From an uncultured Gammaproteobacteria bacterium (GTDB taxonomy: Bacteria; Patescibacteriota; Patescibacteriia; Magasanikbacterales; GWA2-37-8): a DNA stretch of 64,000 bases. Under the pieces are notes generated by a model. It was not told the origin of the DNA, searched no databases, and saw nothing but the letters and a program-made list of their open reading frames with translations. A program made the position numbers and the translations under genes. This document shows positions 20,622 through 32,090 of the stretch, in pieces (position 1 is the first letter of the stretch; every line of letters starts with the position of its first letter). Location: contig CAZHYJ010000005.1 of NCBI GenBank assembly GCA_964536725.1, positions 3,084 to 67,083 on the forward strand. Reading direction: 5' to 3'.

Positions 20622-23432
20622 TTATAAATACTTTCCCGTCTGGGTTTTTTTGTTTTTCTTGATGTCAGCTGGCGTGCCTTCGGCAATTAATTGACCGCCG
20701 CCTTTGCCTCCCTCTGGGCCGAGTTCGATTACCCAATCGGAGTAGTTGATTACATCTACGTTGTGTTCGATTACCAAAACGGTATTCCCCTTCTCTACCA
20801 ATCGCTGTAACACACCCAAAAGATTTTGAATATCGGCAAAATGTAAACCAGTGGTTGGCTCATCTAAAATATACAAAGTCTTGCCCGTAGCTGAACGCAC
20901 CAACTCTGTCGCTAATTTTATTCTTTGCGCCTCACCACCCGACAATGTGGTCGCTGGCTGACCAAGGCGTAAATAACTCAAACCCACTGCTCGGAGCAGA
21001 TCCAGTTTGTCGGCCAAAGCTGGCACATCATGAAAAAATTTGTATGCTTCTTCCACTGTCATCTGCAAAACATCGGCGATATTTTTGTTGTGATGATGCA
21101 CCTCTAACGCTTCTTGGTTATAGCGCGAACCATTACATTCGTTACACACTACAAACACATCCGCTAAAAATTGCATCGGGATACGAACATAACCCTCACC
21201 GGCACAAGCCTCACATCGTCCACCACCTTTAACATTGAAACTAAACTTACCCGCATCATACCCGCGTAAGCGCGCCTCTTGCAAATTGGAAAACAGATCA
21301 CGGATTAAAGTAAAGATACCGGTATAGGTAGCAGGATTAGAACGTGGAGTCCGACCAATTGGTGCCTGATCTACAGCGATAACCTTATCAATATTGTCCA
21401 TTCCTTTTATCTCTTTGTGTTCGCCCGGTTCGTCTTTGGCACGATAAAACTTCTTGAGCAAGGCTTTAGACAAAACCTCACCAATCAGAGTAGATTTACC
21501 TGAACCAGAAACACCAGTAACACAAACCAATTTGCCGAGCGGAATACCGACAGTAATATTTTTTAAATTAAACGCTTTCGCCCCCACAATCGTCAAACTG
21601 TTTTTGTTTGGCTTTTTCAACTCACCTGCTAAATTCTTCTTACTGACCGGAGCTTTTTCCAAAGTAATTTTTTCTTGACCAGACAAAAACAGACCAGTTA
21701 AGGATGATTTATTTTTCTTCACCTCCGCCACCGTACCCGCCGCAATGATTTCTCCGCCATACACGCCCGCCCCTGGACCAACGTCGATTAGATAGTCGGC
21801 CGCTTCCATCATCGCCGCATCGTGCTCCACCACAATTACTGAATTACCCAAATCACGTAAAAACTTTAATGTTCCAATTAACTGCTGGTTGTCACGGGGA
21901 TGCAAACCCATCGAGGGTTCGTCCAATACATATATCACACCAGTTAAACCCGAAGACAACTGCGAAGACAACCGTACGCGTGTAATCTCACCACCAGACA
22001 AAGTATTTAGTGATCGGTCTAAACTTAAATATTCCAAACCTACTTTTTCTAGATTAGTTAAACGTGGTAATAATTCTTTAACAATCGGCGTAACGATCAC
22101 TGATTTAGCTTTGTCTACACCAATTTTTTTCAACACTACCTGATTTTCCGCCACACTCATACCAGACAAATCAGCGATACTGTATCCACCCAACTTTACC
22201 GCCAAAGATTCCGGACGTAACCGTTTGCCTTTACATTCTGGACACACCATCTCACGCATATATTGTTCTACTTCTTTGCGCACATAATCAGAGGTAGTCT
22301 GCAAATGACGCTCACGCAAATCATTTACCACACCAACAAAAGGAGCCGTTTTGTTTTCTATCGTATACACTTCCTTGCCCGTACCATACAAAATGGTCTC
22401 ACGCACATTTTCGGGTAAATTGTCCCAAGCAATATTTAAAGAAAAATGGTGCTTCTCAGCCACTACTGCCAACATCTTTTGATACCAAACTTGATTGCCG
22501 GTAATGCGAGTCCAGGGTTGAACTGCGCCTTCAGCCAAAGTTAAGCGTGGATTAGGGATAACCAAATTCACATCTACTTCCATGGTTAGACCTAAACCCG
22601 TACAACGCGGACAAGCACCATATGGACTATTAAAACTAAAACTACGCACATCCAATACTGGCAAAGTACGATCACATTTCGGACACAAACCAACAGTGGA
22701 AAAAAATTCTTCTGTTGTATTGTTTTTAGCAATCAAAAGACCGTTGCTAAATTCAAGTGCCAGATCAACTAATTTTGTCGGATTATCTTTTTTAATATCC
22801 TCAATCTTACCAACCATCACCGCAATATCATGAATTACTCCAGGTTTAAATGAGCGCTTGGCGAACTCCGGCAATTTCATCACTTCACCATTAATCATCA
22901 CCCATTCATATCCCGATTTTTCAATCTTGTCCAAAATTACTCGTTGCTCAACCTGACCACAACGCACCAGTGGAGAAAATATTGACACCGCCCCGCGCCG
23001 TGCCATCTTGCGCACATTCTCTGAAATTTCACCGGGAGTATTCGCCAAAACCCGCACCTTACATTCCGGACAATATTGTTCACCGGCGCGCGCAAAAAGT
23101 AAACGCAAATAATCGTAAATTTCTGTTACGGTTCCAACCGTCGAACGTGGATTTTGCGAAAATACTTTTTGATCAATGGCGATCGTCGGTGACAACCCAT
23201 CAATTCCATCCACATCCGGCTTGTCGCGCATTTCCATGAACTGGCGTGCATAGGCCGAGAGTGATTCAGCATAACGACGCTGTCCTTCAGCGTAGATAGT
23301 ATCAAATGCCAAAGAAGATTTCCCAGAACCAGACAAACCCGTGATTACCACGAGTTTGTTTTTTGGAATTTCGATGTTTACGTTTTTCAAATTGTGGACG
23401 CGCGCGCCACGAATAACAATTTTATCTGGCAT
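20622..23432 (-). CDS. uvrA: Excinuclease ABC subunit A, second paralog with insertion domain
   Basis: [18 protein letters not shown], insertion domain between CPRC and [18 protein letters not shown]; 936 aa. Confidence 0.93.
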   Translation of the reverse strand: MPDKIVIRGARVHNLKNVNIEIPKNKLVVITGLSGSGKSSLAFDTIYAEGQRRYAESLSAYARQFMEMRDKPDVDGIDGLSPTIAIDQKVFSQNPRSTVGTVTEIYDYLRLLFARAGEQYCPECKVRVLANTPGEISENVRKMARRGAVSIFSPLVRCGQVEQRVILDKIEKSGYEWVMINGEVMKLPEFAKRSFKPGVIHDIAVMVGKIEDIKKDNPTKLVDLALEFSNGLLIAKNNTTEEFFSTVGLCPKCDRTLPVLDVRSFSFNSPYGACPRCTGLGLTMEVDVNLVIPNPRLTLAEGAVQPWTRITGNQVWYQKMLAVVAEKHHFSLNIAWDNLPENVRETILYGTGKEVYTIENKTAPFVGVVNDLRERHLQTTSDYVRKEVEQYMREMVCPECKGKRLRPESLAVKLGGYSIADLSGMSVAENQVVLKKIGVDKAKSVIVTPIVKELLPRLTNLEKVGLEYLSLDRSLNTLSGGEITRVRLSSQLSSGLTGVIYVLDEPSMGLHPRDNQQLIGTLKFLRDLGNSVIVVEHDAAMMEAADYLIDVGPGAGVYGGEIIAAGTVAEVKKNKSSLTGLFLSGQEKITLEKAPVSKKNLAGELKKPNKNSLTIVGAKAFNLKNITVGIPLGKLVCVTGVSGSGKSTLIGEVLSKALLKKFYRAKDEPGEHKEIKGMDNIDKVIAVDQAPIGRTPRSNPATYTGIFTLIRDLFSNLQEARLRGYDAGKFSFNVKGGGRCEACAGEGYVRIPMQFLADVFVVCNECNGSRYNQEALEVHHHNKNIADVLQMTVEEAYKFFHDVPALADKLDLLRAVGLSYLRLGQPATTLSGGEAQRIKLATELVRSATGKTLYILDEPTTGLHFADIQNLLGVLQRLVEKGNTVLVIEHNVDVINYSDWVIELGPEGGKGGGQLIAEGTPADIKKNKKTQTGKYL

Positions 23433-23440
23433 AGTTAATC

Positions 23441-24805
23441 TTATTTAAACAAATAATCATAGACTTTATAGTCAGCGCTCTCATCCATATCATAAATTTT
23501 TTCTGCGTCAACATTTGCTAACATACCCGATGGATCTTTTAGCTTCTCAAGCGAAATAAAATATTTTTTATTGATTTTATCAGCGTTCTTTAAAAAGAAA
23601 CCCTGATCACCCAGATCGACAACTGACCCATTATCAAAACCAACTAAGTGCGCCTCGTCTTTAGGGTCCCAGTTTTCATTCATCTCAAACATCAAGACAA
23701 AACCCCGTAATCCTTTATGGCTGCCAGCACAACGCTTAGCCGCTTCATCCAAATCAGCCACATCAGCATCAATTAGATAGGTCTGATTTTTATCATCAAT
23801 CTTACCGCCATAATCACCATTACTCACATCTGTTGTATCTCTGTCCTCACAAACTGCCCATAACTCTGATTCACCCACATTTATTGCTGGATAATCCCAA
23901 GTTTCAAGCTTTAAACCTTCAAGAGGGTGAATTTCTTTCTCAAGAGAATTATAAGCAACCTTACCTCCAATCAAACCAGCACGACAAACATACAAATTTT
24001 TCGTCGGCTGTTTGTAGTCTGGAGCACAGAGTTGCATCTTGCTATCACTCCTCGGTTCACAAAAATCCCCCACACAAGTATTGCCCCCACTGTTTTTTAC
24101 ATAAAATTGCCTGCCGCAGGCGAATTCTTTCGTTCGACTAAAAGTTAAATCGAAGGAGGCGGTCTTATATTTATCTTTATCAACTAATTCCCCTGGCTCA
24201 GCAGCAAAAGCAAAGCTAGTAGAAGACGGGATTTTACTACAATAGTCCGGCACTATAGAACTAGATCGCACCATAAACGTCTGTGGCAACCGCAAATTCA
24301 CCAACGCCGGATTGATTGTGCTTAAAATCACATAGGAAAGATACGCGATCAGTAAACCAATCAACGCCCCGCCAATACGTTTCTTTGCGCTACTAATCGC
24401 CTCACTGCTCCCAGCGGAAGTCACCCATTGCACCCCAGCGATAATTATCATAATCGCCGCCAAAATGCCGACCACACTAATAATGTAGTTGTAATTTACA
24501 AAAAGAAACTCACCAATATCTTTAAACGTTGTCTGTCCGCCAAATTTAATTTGTGTTTCTGTCACTCCGGCCGGCAAACATTTTCCCCATCCCGTCTTAT
24601 TACACGGCTCCTCCCCCTGCAGCCAACCACCCTCCAAAACTTGTTGTGTAGCATCCGGATTAAATTGTTTTCTGGCTGCAACACAAGCTTCCTTTTCCCA
24701 ACAAATTGGATTAAACTCGGGAATCAATTCGGTGTCCGCAGCGCGCACAGAAAAAACAGGCAGGAGCAGCGCTCCTAACAGTAATACAAAAAAAATTCGC
24801 TTCAT
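23441..24805 (-). CDS. Exported Cys-rich protein with internal VirB2/TrbC-like pilin domain
   Basis: Signal peptide; [46 protein letters not shown]; many Cys. Confidence 0.8.
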   Translation of the reverse strand: MKRIFFVLLLGALLLPVFSVRAADTELIPEFNPICWEKEACVAARKQFNPDATQQVLEGGWLQGEEPCNKTGWGKCLPAGVTETQIKFGGQTTFKDIGEFLFVNYNYIISVVGILAAIMIIIAGVQWVTSAGSSEAISSAKKRIGGALIGLLIAYLSYVILSTINPALVNLRLPQTFMVRSSSIVPDYCSKIPSSTSFAFAAEPGELVDKDKYKTASFDLTFSRTKEFACGRQFYVKNSGGNTCVGDFCEPRSDSKMQLCAPDYKQPTKNLYVCRAGLIGGKVAYNSLEKEIHPLEGLKLETWDYPAINVGESELWAVCEDRDTTDVSNGDYGGKIDDKNQTYLIDADVADLDEAAKRCAGSHKGLRGFVLMFEMNENWDPKDEAHLVGFDNGSVVDLGDQGFFLKNADKINKKYFISLEKLKDPSGMLANVDAEKIYDMDESADYKVYDYLFK

Positions 24806-24806
24806 A

Positions 24807-25556
24807 CTATTTGCTTAATTTAGAAAAAAACGCTTCCCACGCTTCCCACGGCACCACACCTTCAATCTTTTCACCATTTACAAAGAATGTCGGCGTGCCA
24901 TTCACACCCAATTTAAACCCATCGGCATAGTCACGATTTATTTCCGTCACCATCGTTTGGTTATTAAAACAGTCGGTCAATTTTTTGTAATCCAACCCCG
25001 TCAGACCCGCTACTTCCTTTAGATCATTAGCAGAAATATTCTCGGGCAAACTATCCTGATTTGTATACAACCAATCATGCACTGGCCAAAACAACCCTTG
25101 ATTGTAAGCACAACCGGCCAACTCTGCCATTTTGTTGGCCCCTGGATGCAATGACTCCACGGGAAAATCACGCACAATCAATTTTATTTTTTGCCCATAT
25201 TTTGCCAGCACTCGTTTCATAATCGGCAAAGCTGTTTTACAATTTGGACATTTAAAATCAACAAACTCCACAATCACAATCTCAGCATTGGCATTCCCTA
25301 AAAATGGATCGTCAGTAGTTTCAATTTCAGTGCGCTTAACAAATGCCGGGCCAGTATTACTGCCTGAAGCACTAAATTCACCATATATTTTTTGCGTCAG
25401 TGCCGCTCCACGCCCCGCCTTAATCTCACGCCAGTAATAAAATGTCAGACCACCAAAACCCAAAATACCCGCCACCACCAACGCCCCCAACCCAACCAAA
25501 GCCACTTTCCAACCACTGTGATACCAATGTTTGACAGGAAAAGGTTGATTTTGCAT
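24807..25556 (-). CDS. Membrane-anchored DsbA/BdbD-family thiol-disulfide oxidoreductase
   Basis: DPFLGN, EFVDFKCPNC, GVNGTPTFFVNG. Confidence 0.9.
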   Translation of the reverse strand: MQNQPFPVKHWYHSGWKVALVGLGALVVAGILGFGGLTFYYWREIKAGRGAALTQKIYGEFSASGSNTGPAFVKRTEIETTDDPFLGNANAEIVIVEFVDFKCPNCKTALPIMKRVLAKYGQKIKLIVRDFPVESLHPGANKMAELAGCAYNQGLFWPVHDWLYTNQDSLPENISANDLKEVAGLTGLDYKKLTDCFNNQTMVTEINRDYADGFKLGVNGTPTFFVNGEKIEGVVPWEAWEAFFSKLSK

Positions 25557-25678
25557 ATGTATAGTAATAGTTAGACAAGCATAGTATACCATAAAAAGGT
25601 TTTTTGCAATACCCTACCTTTGAACAGCAATTGACAAAAATCCACCAAAATGGTATCATACTAACTACTTAAAACCCT

Positions 25679-25897
25679 ATGACTCAAACTATTTTCAACA
25701 TCTTACAAATTATACTCGCTGTTATCATGATTTTGATTGTTTTGATCCAACAAAAAGGCACTGGCCTCAGTGGTGTTTTTGGTGGCTCTTCTAATGTCTA
25801 CAGCACCAAACGCGGAATTGATAAAATTCTTCATTACTCTACTATTGTAGTGTCCATCCTCTTCTTCGTTCTTTCTTTGCTTCGTTTAGTTTTCTAA
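25679..25897 (+). CDS. secG: Preprotein translocase SecG
   Basis: VLIQQKGTGLSGVFGG..TKRG; promoter TTGACA-17-TATCAT at 25631-25659. Confidence 0.88.
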   Translation: MTQTIFNILQIILAVIMILIVLIQQKGTGLSGVFGGSSNVYSTKRGIDKILHYSTIVVSILFFVLSLLRLVF

Positions 25898-25931
25898 AAA
25901 ACCCAAATACAGGGTGTTGTAATTTACTCCC

Positions 25932-27890
25932 ATGAATTGGAAAGTACTCTTGTCACGCTTTAAAAAACCGGACCACACTGTTGTCCGGAAGAATTTGGAT
26001 AGCAAACTGATTCGTAAAGCTAACTTACATCAGTTACCAAAATTTTCACAATTAAAATATTTGGGACAATTTTTGAATGCCTCTGAAAAGAAAATAGTTC
26101 TTGGTGGTCTAATTGTTTCTCTTGTCGGGCTACTTGGTTGGACCACCGTCTTTTTGGCTCGTCACTACGAACGCGCTCCAAAAACGGGCGGTGAATATAT
26201 TGAAGGTCTGGTCGGACAACCAAAATATATCAACCCAATTTTTTCCACTACCAACGATGTCGATGCCGACATTGTCGGATTGGTTTACGCTGGCTTGTTC
26301 AAATATGGCAAAAATGGAACTATCGAACCAGAGTTGGCAGAAAGTTACAAGTTAAGTGCTGATAAAAAAACTTATACTATAAAATTAAAACCAAATTTAA
26401 AATGGCCTGATAGCCAACCGATCACCAGTCAGGATATTTCTTACACTTTTGAAACGATCCAAAACCCCGAGGTTGGTAGTCCACTATTCGCTGCTGTACA
26501 AGGAGTAAAGATCGAAGTCACTGGCGAGTTAACAATAAATTTTACTTTAAAAGAATCCTTCTCCCCTTTCTTGGGAGTCTTAACTACTGGTATATTGCCG
26601 AGCCATCTTTGGTCTGATACACCAGCGGCCAGTATAAAATTGGCTAAATTAAATTCCCAACCAGTAGGAGCAGGTGCTTGGAAATTTTCTAAATTAGTAA
26701 AAGATGAGGGTGGAAATATTCAAACCATCACCCTAGTACCAAACGATTTATACTACAACACTCGCCCTTATTTAAAAAATCTTACTTTCAAATTTTATAA
26801 CAACTACACTGAAGCGATTAACGGCCTGCGCGGACAGACAATTAATAGTATCGCCTTTGTCCCGCAAAAATTAAAAGATAAAGTCGGTGGAAAAAATATC
26901 TCGCTTTACGATTTTACTTTACCCCAATACAGCGCCATTTTTTTCAACACCAACCAGTCATCTGAATTAAAAGACAAAGATTTACGTCTGGCTTTAAATT
27001 TAGCAATCGATAAGGAAAGAGTTATTCGTGAAGCATTAGACGGTGCCGGTATCACCATTGATTCCCCGATTCTACCCGGTATGCTTGGTTATGACGCCAC
27101 GATTAAGGATGCAGATTTCAACCCAGAATTAGCCAATAAAACATTGGACAAAAAATGGACGCGCATCCAACCGGAAGAATATTTTACAATCAAACAAACA
27201 GCCGAATTAAAAAAATATCAAGTCGAAATCGATGAGGTAAAAAAGAACGCCAGTTCCACTCCGGAGATGGTTTCATCTACAATAGAACGTATCAACAACG
27301 AAACAAAAAGTACTGTGCGCCAAACCATGGACGCCGGCCAAACATTCTACCGCAAAGACAGCAAAGGTAACGTCCTTTCTTTAACCATCACCACTGCCGA
27401 CACTCCCGAATATTTGAAAACCGCTCAAACGGTCGCCACATTTTGGCGCGCACTAGGTGTACAAACTACCATTCAATCACTTAGTGGCTATCAATTAAAC
27501 AAAGATATTGTGCGCGATCGCAACTACCAGATTTTCATCTACGGCGAAATCGTCGGCGCTGATCCTGATCCATTTTCTTTTTGGCATTCTTCACAAGGAG
27601 ACTACCCTGGTATGAATTTAGCAATGTTCTCCAATCGTGATGCCGATAAGATTTTGGAAGAAGCCCGCACTACTTTTGCTGATGCTGAACGAGTGAAATT
27701 GTACAAAAAATTTCAAGATATCTTAGTCAAAGAAATTCCCGCGATTTTCCTTTACACCCCTAAACATTTAATGGCTATTGGCCAAGATATTAAAGGAGTA
27801 AAAATTGAAAATCCGGCAACTCCCGCAAATCGTTTCCAATATTTAAACGAGTGGTACACCAAAACCACTTGGCGTTGGAAAAGCAACTAA
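25932..27890 (+). CDS. Family 5 (peptide/nickel) ABC solute-binding protein, membrane anchored
   Basis: EGLVGQPKYINP, PELAESY, PVGAGAWKF, FWHSSQ, EIPAIFLY. Confidence 0.85.
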   Translation: MNWKVLLSRFKKPDHTVVRKNLDSKLIRKANLHQLPKFSQLKYLGQFLNASEKKIVLGGLIVSLVGLLGWTTVFLARHYERAPKTGGEYIEGLVGQPKYINPIFSTTNDVDADIVGLVYAGLFKYGKNGTIEPELAESYKLSADKKTYTIKLKPNLKWPDSQPITSQDISYTFETIQNPEVGSPLFAAVQGVKIEVTGELTINFTLKESFSPFLGVLTTGILPSHLWSDTPAASIKLAKLNSQPVGAGAWKFSKLVKDEGGNIQTITLVPNDLYYNTRPYLKNLTFKFYNNYTEAINGLRGQTINSIAFVPQKLKDKVGGKNISLYDFTLPQYSAIFFNTNQSSELKDKDLRLALNLAIDKERVIREALDGAGITIDSPILPGMLGYDATIKDADFNPELANKTLDKKWTRIQPEEYFTIKQTAELKKYQVEIDEVKKNASSTPEMVSSTIERINNETKSTVRQTMDAGQTFYRKDSKGNVLSLTITTADTPEYLKTAQTVATFWRALGVQTTIQSLSGYQLNKDIVRDRNYQIFIYGEIVGADPDPFSFWHSSQGDYPGMNLAMFSNRDADKILEEARTTFADAERVKLYKKFQDILVKEIPAIFLYTPKHLMAIGQDIKGVKIENPATPANRFQYLNEWYTKTTWRWKSN

Positions 27891-27900
27891 CACACATCTT

Positions 27901-27982
27901 GGGCAAGTGGCGGAATTGGTATACGCGTACGTCTCAGAAGCGTATGGGGAAACCCACAGGAGTTCGACTCTCCTCTTGCCCA
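27901..27982 (+). tRNA. tRNA-Leu, anticodon CAG; CCA not encoded
   Basis: gggcaag/cttgccc acceptor; tacgt-ctCAGaa-gcgta; variable arm tgggg aaa ccca. Confidence 0.93.
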
Positions 27983-28034
27983 CAAATTTATCTCTCCTCT
28001 AGTCGAAATGAGGGAAAAACTTCTTTTAATTTAT

Positions 28035-28147
28035 TGTGAAATTTGTGTGTTTGGTATTTTTTGAGCGGGTTATGAAGCCCACGGCTTCATCCTTTCATCC
28101 TCGCGGATGAAAAAAGCGAAAAAATTACCAAACGCACAAATTTCACA
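28035..28147 (+). repeat. Y-shaped structured element A in rnj leader
   Basis: 22-bp closing stem, core TTTTTTGAGCGGGTTATG-hp1-CATCC-hp2(TCGC loop)-AAAGCGAAAAAATTACCAAAC. Confidence 0.85.
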
Positions 28148-28162
28148 TCACATATTTAATTT

Positions 28163-29941
28163 ATGATTACAACTAATACGCGACGTGAGCCACGAAAATT
28201 CGTGCCCCGTCAAAATCCCCGCGCCCCACATGGACGCAACAATTATCAACCTTCGTTTTCTCGCTTTCGCAACGACGACACCAAACTAAAAGTTATGGTC
28301 GTCGGCGGACTAGAAGAAGTTGGTCGCAACTGCACATTCCTGGAATATGGTAATGATATCATCATTATCGATATGGGTCTGCAGTTTCCCGAGGAAGACA
28401 TGCCTGGAATCGATTACATCATTCCAAACATGAGTTATCTCAAAGGAAAAGAAAAAAACATCCGTGGCGTTATCATTACCCACGCTCACTACGACCACAT
28501 CGGCGGTATTCCCCATCTTATCCCAATGCTCGGCTATCCTCCAATCTATGGTTTGCCTTTGACAAACGCCATTATCAAGAAAAGACAGGAGGATTACAAA
28601 GGTTTAAAGCCACTTAATATTCACAATGTAAAAATTGATGACAAATTAAGATTGGGAAGTTTCGAGGTGGAATTTTTCCATTTGAACCATAACATTCCCG
28701 ATACAATGGGTATCGTAGTAAACACTCCAGAAGGAACAATCGTTCATACAGGTGATTGGAAGTTTGATTATCAACCAGTAGCGGGTGATCAACCAGCCGA
28801 CCTACAGCGCATTGCTCAAATTGGCGCAAAGGGCGTAATGGCACTCTTGACCGATTCCACCAATGCATCACAGCCTGGTCACCAAATGTCCGAATCAGAA
28901 ATCGGTACAAATATGGACGACATTATCGGCAAAGCTCCCGGTCGTTTGATTATCGGCACTTTTGCCTCTCTACTGTCTCGTATCAAACAAATCGTAGACA
29001 TCGCCGAAAAAACAGGTAAGGTGGTAGCGCTCGATGGTTTTTCAATGAAAGGCAATGTGGAAATCGCCAAAGAATTGGGCTACATGAAATTTAATCCTCA
29101 TACTTTTGTCGACCTGACCCGAGTAAAAGATTATCCGGATAACAAGGTGATCATCATCTGTACTGGCGCTCAAGGAGAAAAAAATGCTTCATTAATGCGC
29201 ATCGCTAATGGCGAACATCGTATTGTCACTTTAAACTCTGGCGACACTGTCGTTTTCTCTTCTTCGGTGATCCCAGGCAACGAACGCACAGTTCAACGCT
29301 TGAAAGATACGCTGTTTAGAAAGGGTGCTAATGTTATCCATTATCAAATGATGGACGTACATGCTGGTGGCCACGCTAAAGCTGACGATGTGAAGTTGAT
29401 GATTCGTCTTTTGAATCCAAAATATTTTGTGCCAATTGAAGGCAACCACTATTTACTTCATTACAACGCACGCGTTGCCGAATCGATTGGGTTTGATAAA
29501 GAAAAAATCTTTATCGCCGACAATGGCCAAGTAATGGAATTCAAATCCGGTGTAGGTAAATTAACTAAAGAAAAAGTTCCTTCCGATTATGTATTCGTTG
29601 ATGGCTTGGGTGTATCCGACGAAACCAATGTGGTTTTGCGTGATCGCCAAGTGTTGGCCGAAGACGGTATGGTCGTGGTGATTGCCACCGTTGATTCCAA
29701 AACTGGAAAATTAATCCAGAACCCCGACATCATTTCTCGTGGCTTTGTTTTCTTAAAAGAACATAAAGAATTGATTGAGGATTTACGTCATCGTGTTAAA
29801 AAGATTGTCACTGATTCCGACCCTCTGACTTGGGCGGATACTAATAACATCCGTAACAAGATCCGCGATTACGTTGGCCAATTTCTGTTTACCAAAACCG
29901 AAAAACGACCGATGGTGTTGCCAGTGATAATTGAGGTGTAA
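28163..29941 (+). CDS. rnj: Ribonuclease J
   Basis: GGLEEVGRN, THAHYDHIG, HTGDWKFD, DSTNA, HAGGHA, KRPMVLPVIIEV. Confidence 0.95.
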   Translation: MITTNTRREPRKFVPRQNPRAPHGRNNYQPSFSRFRNDDTKLKVMVVGGLEEVGRNCTFLEYGNDIIIIDMGLQFPEEDMPGIDYIIPNMSYLKGKEKNIRGVIITHAHYDHIGGIPHLIPMLGYPPIYGLPLTNAIIKKRQEDYKGLKPLNIHNVKIDDKLRLGSFEVEFFHLNHNIPDTMGIVVNTPEGTIVHTGDWKFDYQPVAGDQPADLQRIAQIGAKGVMALLTDSTNASQPGHQMSESEIGTNMDDIIGKAPGRLIIGTFASLLSRIKQIVDIAEKTGKVVALDGFSMKGNVEIAKELGYMKFNPHTFVDLTRVKDYPDNKVIIICTGAQGEKNASLMRIANGEHRIVTLNSGDTVVFSSSVIPGNERTVQRLKDTLFRKGANVIHYQMMDVHAGGHAKADDVKLMIRLLNPKYFVPIEGNHYLLHYNARVAESIGFDKEKIFIADNGQVMEFKSGVGKLTKEKVPSDYVFVDGLGVSDETNVVLRDRQVLAEDGMVVVIATVDSKTGKLIQNPDIISRGFVFLKEHKELIEDLRHRVKKIVTDSDPLTWADTNNIRNKIRDYVGQFLFTKTEKRPMVLPVIIEV

Positions 29942-29951
29942 GAAAAGTGTT

Positions 29952-29979
29952 AAACAATTCCGAACAGTCGGGGTTGTTT
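29952..29979. terminator. Intrinsic terminator after rnj
   Basis: aaacaattccga-acag-tcggggttgttt. Confidence 0.75.
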
Positions 29980-30032
29980 TTAATTAGTAAAAAATGCTAT
30001 AATTAAAGCGCTTAAATTAACTAAAAAAAAAT

Positions 30033-31067
30033 ATGCCCACCACCAAAAAACTCCACGTCGTCTTCTATGGCATTTGGCCAGAGATGAAAGAATACGTTCG
30101 CTCCCACATGAGTGGATTTAGTTGTTCGATTATCGAAGAAAAAGATATTACGGAAAAAAATATAAAAAAAGATGCTGATGTGTTGGTGGTATTTGTCGAA
30201 TCCCCTGTTACTAAAAAAACTATTGAGCAGATGCCTCATTTAAAAATGATCGCCACCATGAGTACTGGCTTTGATCATATCGATGTTAAAGCCGCCAAAG
30301 CTCGAAAAATTCCAGTGTGCACCGTCCCCTTCTATGGCGAAAATACCGTTGCTGAACATGCGCTCGCTTTGATTCTCGGATTAACCCGCAAACTTTTCCA
30401 ATCCGTTAAGAGAGTAAAAGAAGGTGTGTACGATTATCACGGCCTACGCGGAGTTGATCTAAAAGGAAAAACTTTGGGTGTTATTGGTACTGGTCGCATT
30501 GGCACCCATCTTGTTCGTATGGCTAAAGGTTTGGAGATGAATGTAATTGGTTATGATCCATATCCTAACAAAGAGATGGCAGAAAAAATGGGTTTTACTT
30601 ATACCACACTAGACAAACTTTTGGCGAACTCCGATGTCATTAGTTTGCATGTTCCCCTATTCCCTGAGACCTATCATTTGATCAACAAAAAAAATATTAA
30701 GAAAATTAAAAAAGGTGCTTACCTGGTCAACACCGCCCGCGGCGGATTAATCGATCCCGAGGCATTGGTTTGGGCATTACAAAAAAACCAAATCGCCGGT
30801 GCTGGTTTGGATGTATTAGAGGATGAAGGCTTCGTCCAAGAAGAAGACAAATTTCTTTCCAGCGACTGCACTGAATGTCAGATCAAAACTAATCTGATGA
30901 ACAACATCATCATCGACCACCCCAACACCATCGTCACTCCGCACAATGCTTTTAATAGTACAGAAGCATTACAAAGGATAATCGATACGACGATCGAGAA
31001 TGTACGTTCGTTTGCAAAGGGTGAGATTAAAAACGACGCGACAGCACCCAAGCCAAAAAAAAAGTAA
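30033..31067 (+). CDS. D-isomer-specific 2-hydroxyacid dehydrogenase (D-lactate dehydrogenase-like)
   Basis: STGFDHID, VAEHA, GVIGTGRIG, NTARGGL, LDVLEDE, TPHNAF. Confidence 0.92.
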   Translation: MPTTKKLHVVFYGIWPEMKEYVRSHMSGFSCSIIEEKDITEKNIKKDADVLVVFVESPVTKKTIEQMPHLKMIATMSTGFDHIDVKAAKARKIPVCTVPFYGENTVAEHALALILGLTRKLFQSVKRVKEGVYDYHGLRGVDLKGKTLGVIGTGRIGTHLVRMAKGLEMNVIGYDPYPNKEMAEKMGFTYTTLDKLLANSDVISLHVPLFPETYHLINKKNIKKIKKGAYLVNTARGGLIDPEALVWALQKNQIAGAGLDVLEDEGFVQEEDKFLSSDCTECQIKTNLMNNIIIDHPNTIVTPHNAFNSTEALQRIIDTTIENVRSFAKGEIKNDATAPKPKKK

Positions 31068-31119
31068 TCAAAAAAGTACGCAAAACCCCATAAAATATGG
31101 GGTTTTTTGATGCTCAACA

Positions 31120-31148
31120 TTGACAAAACCCCAGTTTTATGGTACTAT
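31120..31148 (+). promoter_or_regulatory. sigma70 promoter of rnpB
   Basis: TTGACA-17-TACTAT with TG extension. Confidence 0.75.
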
Positions 31149-31155
31149 CCCCTTG

Positions 31156-31672
31156 TTCATTATTGGTAATCGCTCCCAAGTAATTGGGAAGAGGAAAGTC
31201 CGAACATCTCCAACGCAAGTTGGGAAAAAGACAGTGGGTAACGCCCACCCCCTAACCTGCAAAGTGTTAGGGCGGGAAAGCGGCACAGAGACAATACTAC
31301 TTTGTCCGCCGAAGCCTTGGCGAAGGAGGATCCAACCGACCCACCTCCGCTAAAGCTACGGCGGGCAAGGGAAAGGTGAAAAGCGCATGGAGGTTTTGGT
31401 TCTAGATCAAAGCTACTATGCCCCATCCACAGCAATGTGGAATGGTGCCAAGCCCTGTCTGATGCAAGAGCAGCCTTGCAACTGGAATATCTGGTTACAT
31501 GGAAAAGTTCGCTCGCGTTGATTCCGTTGGTAACAACGGGACAAGATAAATGATTACCTCCTGTTAAAAAAGCCAAGGCCAAAAGATACCGAGAAATCCA
31601 ATACGCGGAAAGTAGCGGTGTAAAATGGTTCGGCTCAACAACAGAAGACAAAATTCGGCTTATAATAATGAA
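31156..31672 (+). ncRNA. rnpB: RNase P RNA, about 517 nt (unusually long)
   Basis: GAGGAAAGTCC (31191) and ACAAAATTCGGCTTAT (31648) P4 signatures; P1 ttcattatt/aataatgaa. Confidence 0.93.
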
Positions 31673-31675
31673 ACT

Positions 31676-31705
31676 AAAAATCCGACCTTAATTGGTCGGA
31701 TTTTT
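31676..31705. terminator. Bidirectional terminator
   Basis: aaaaatccgacc-ttaatt-ggtcggattttt. Confidence 0.85.
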
Positions 31706-32002
31706 TGTCAGCATACTTTTTATCCTTTCCCCTTCTCGTTCTACCACGTCTCCGTCTTTCTCCCCGGCATGCGCCTTTACACCGGCGTAGACCGGTGCCC
31801 GCTGGTCTAAGTGTAGATCAAACGACCAGTTATCGCCTCGATCTTCTACATACACATGAAACCGCGGATACAACATCGTACGATCGGGATGACGGGTGTA
31901 ACTTTTAGTGCCACCATGACGATCAATTTTTAAACCATAGCCACAACGACGGATATATTGCTCTGGATCTACGATTTGAATTTTTGGCAATAGGATTTTC
32001 AT
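31688..32002 (-). CDS. Small hypothetical protein
   Basis: 104 aa; RRCGY...YPRFHVYV...LHLDQ..HAGE; ATG 8 nt after a TGnTAGGAT -10. Confidence 0.7.
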   Translation of the reverse strand: MKILLPKIQIVDPEQYIRRCGYGLKIDRHGGTKSYTRHPDRTMLYPRFHVYVEDRGDNWSFDLHLDQRAPVYAGVKAHAGEKDGDVVEREGERIKSMLTKNPTN

Positions 32003-32090
32003 ACCTCCACATCCTACCATAATTGGCCAAAAAATCCAATTGACCAAAACTATCCTTTAGCGTAAAATACAAGAAAACATTAAATAAACC

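Noticed and set aside
31160-31651. ORFs 31160-31651 (-) and 31120-31353 (+)
   Set aside because: They overlap the RNase P RNA and are shadow frames.
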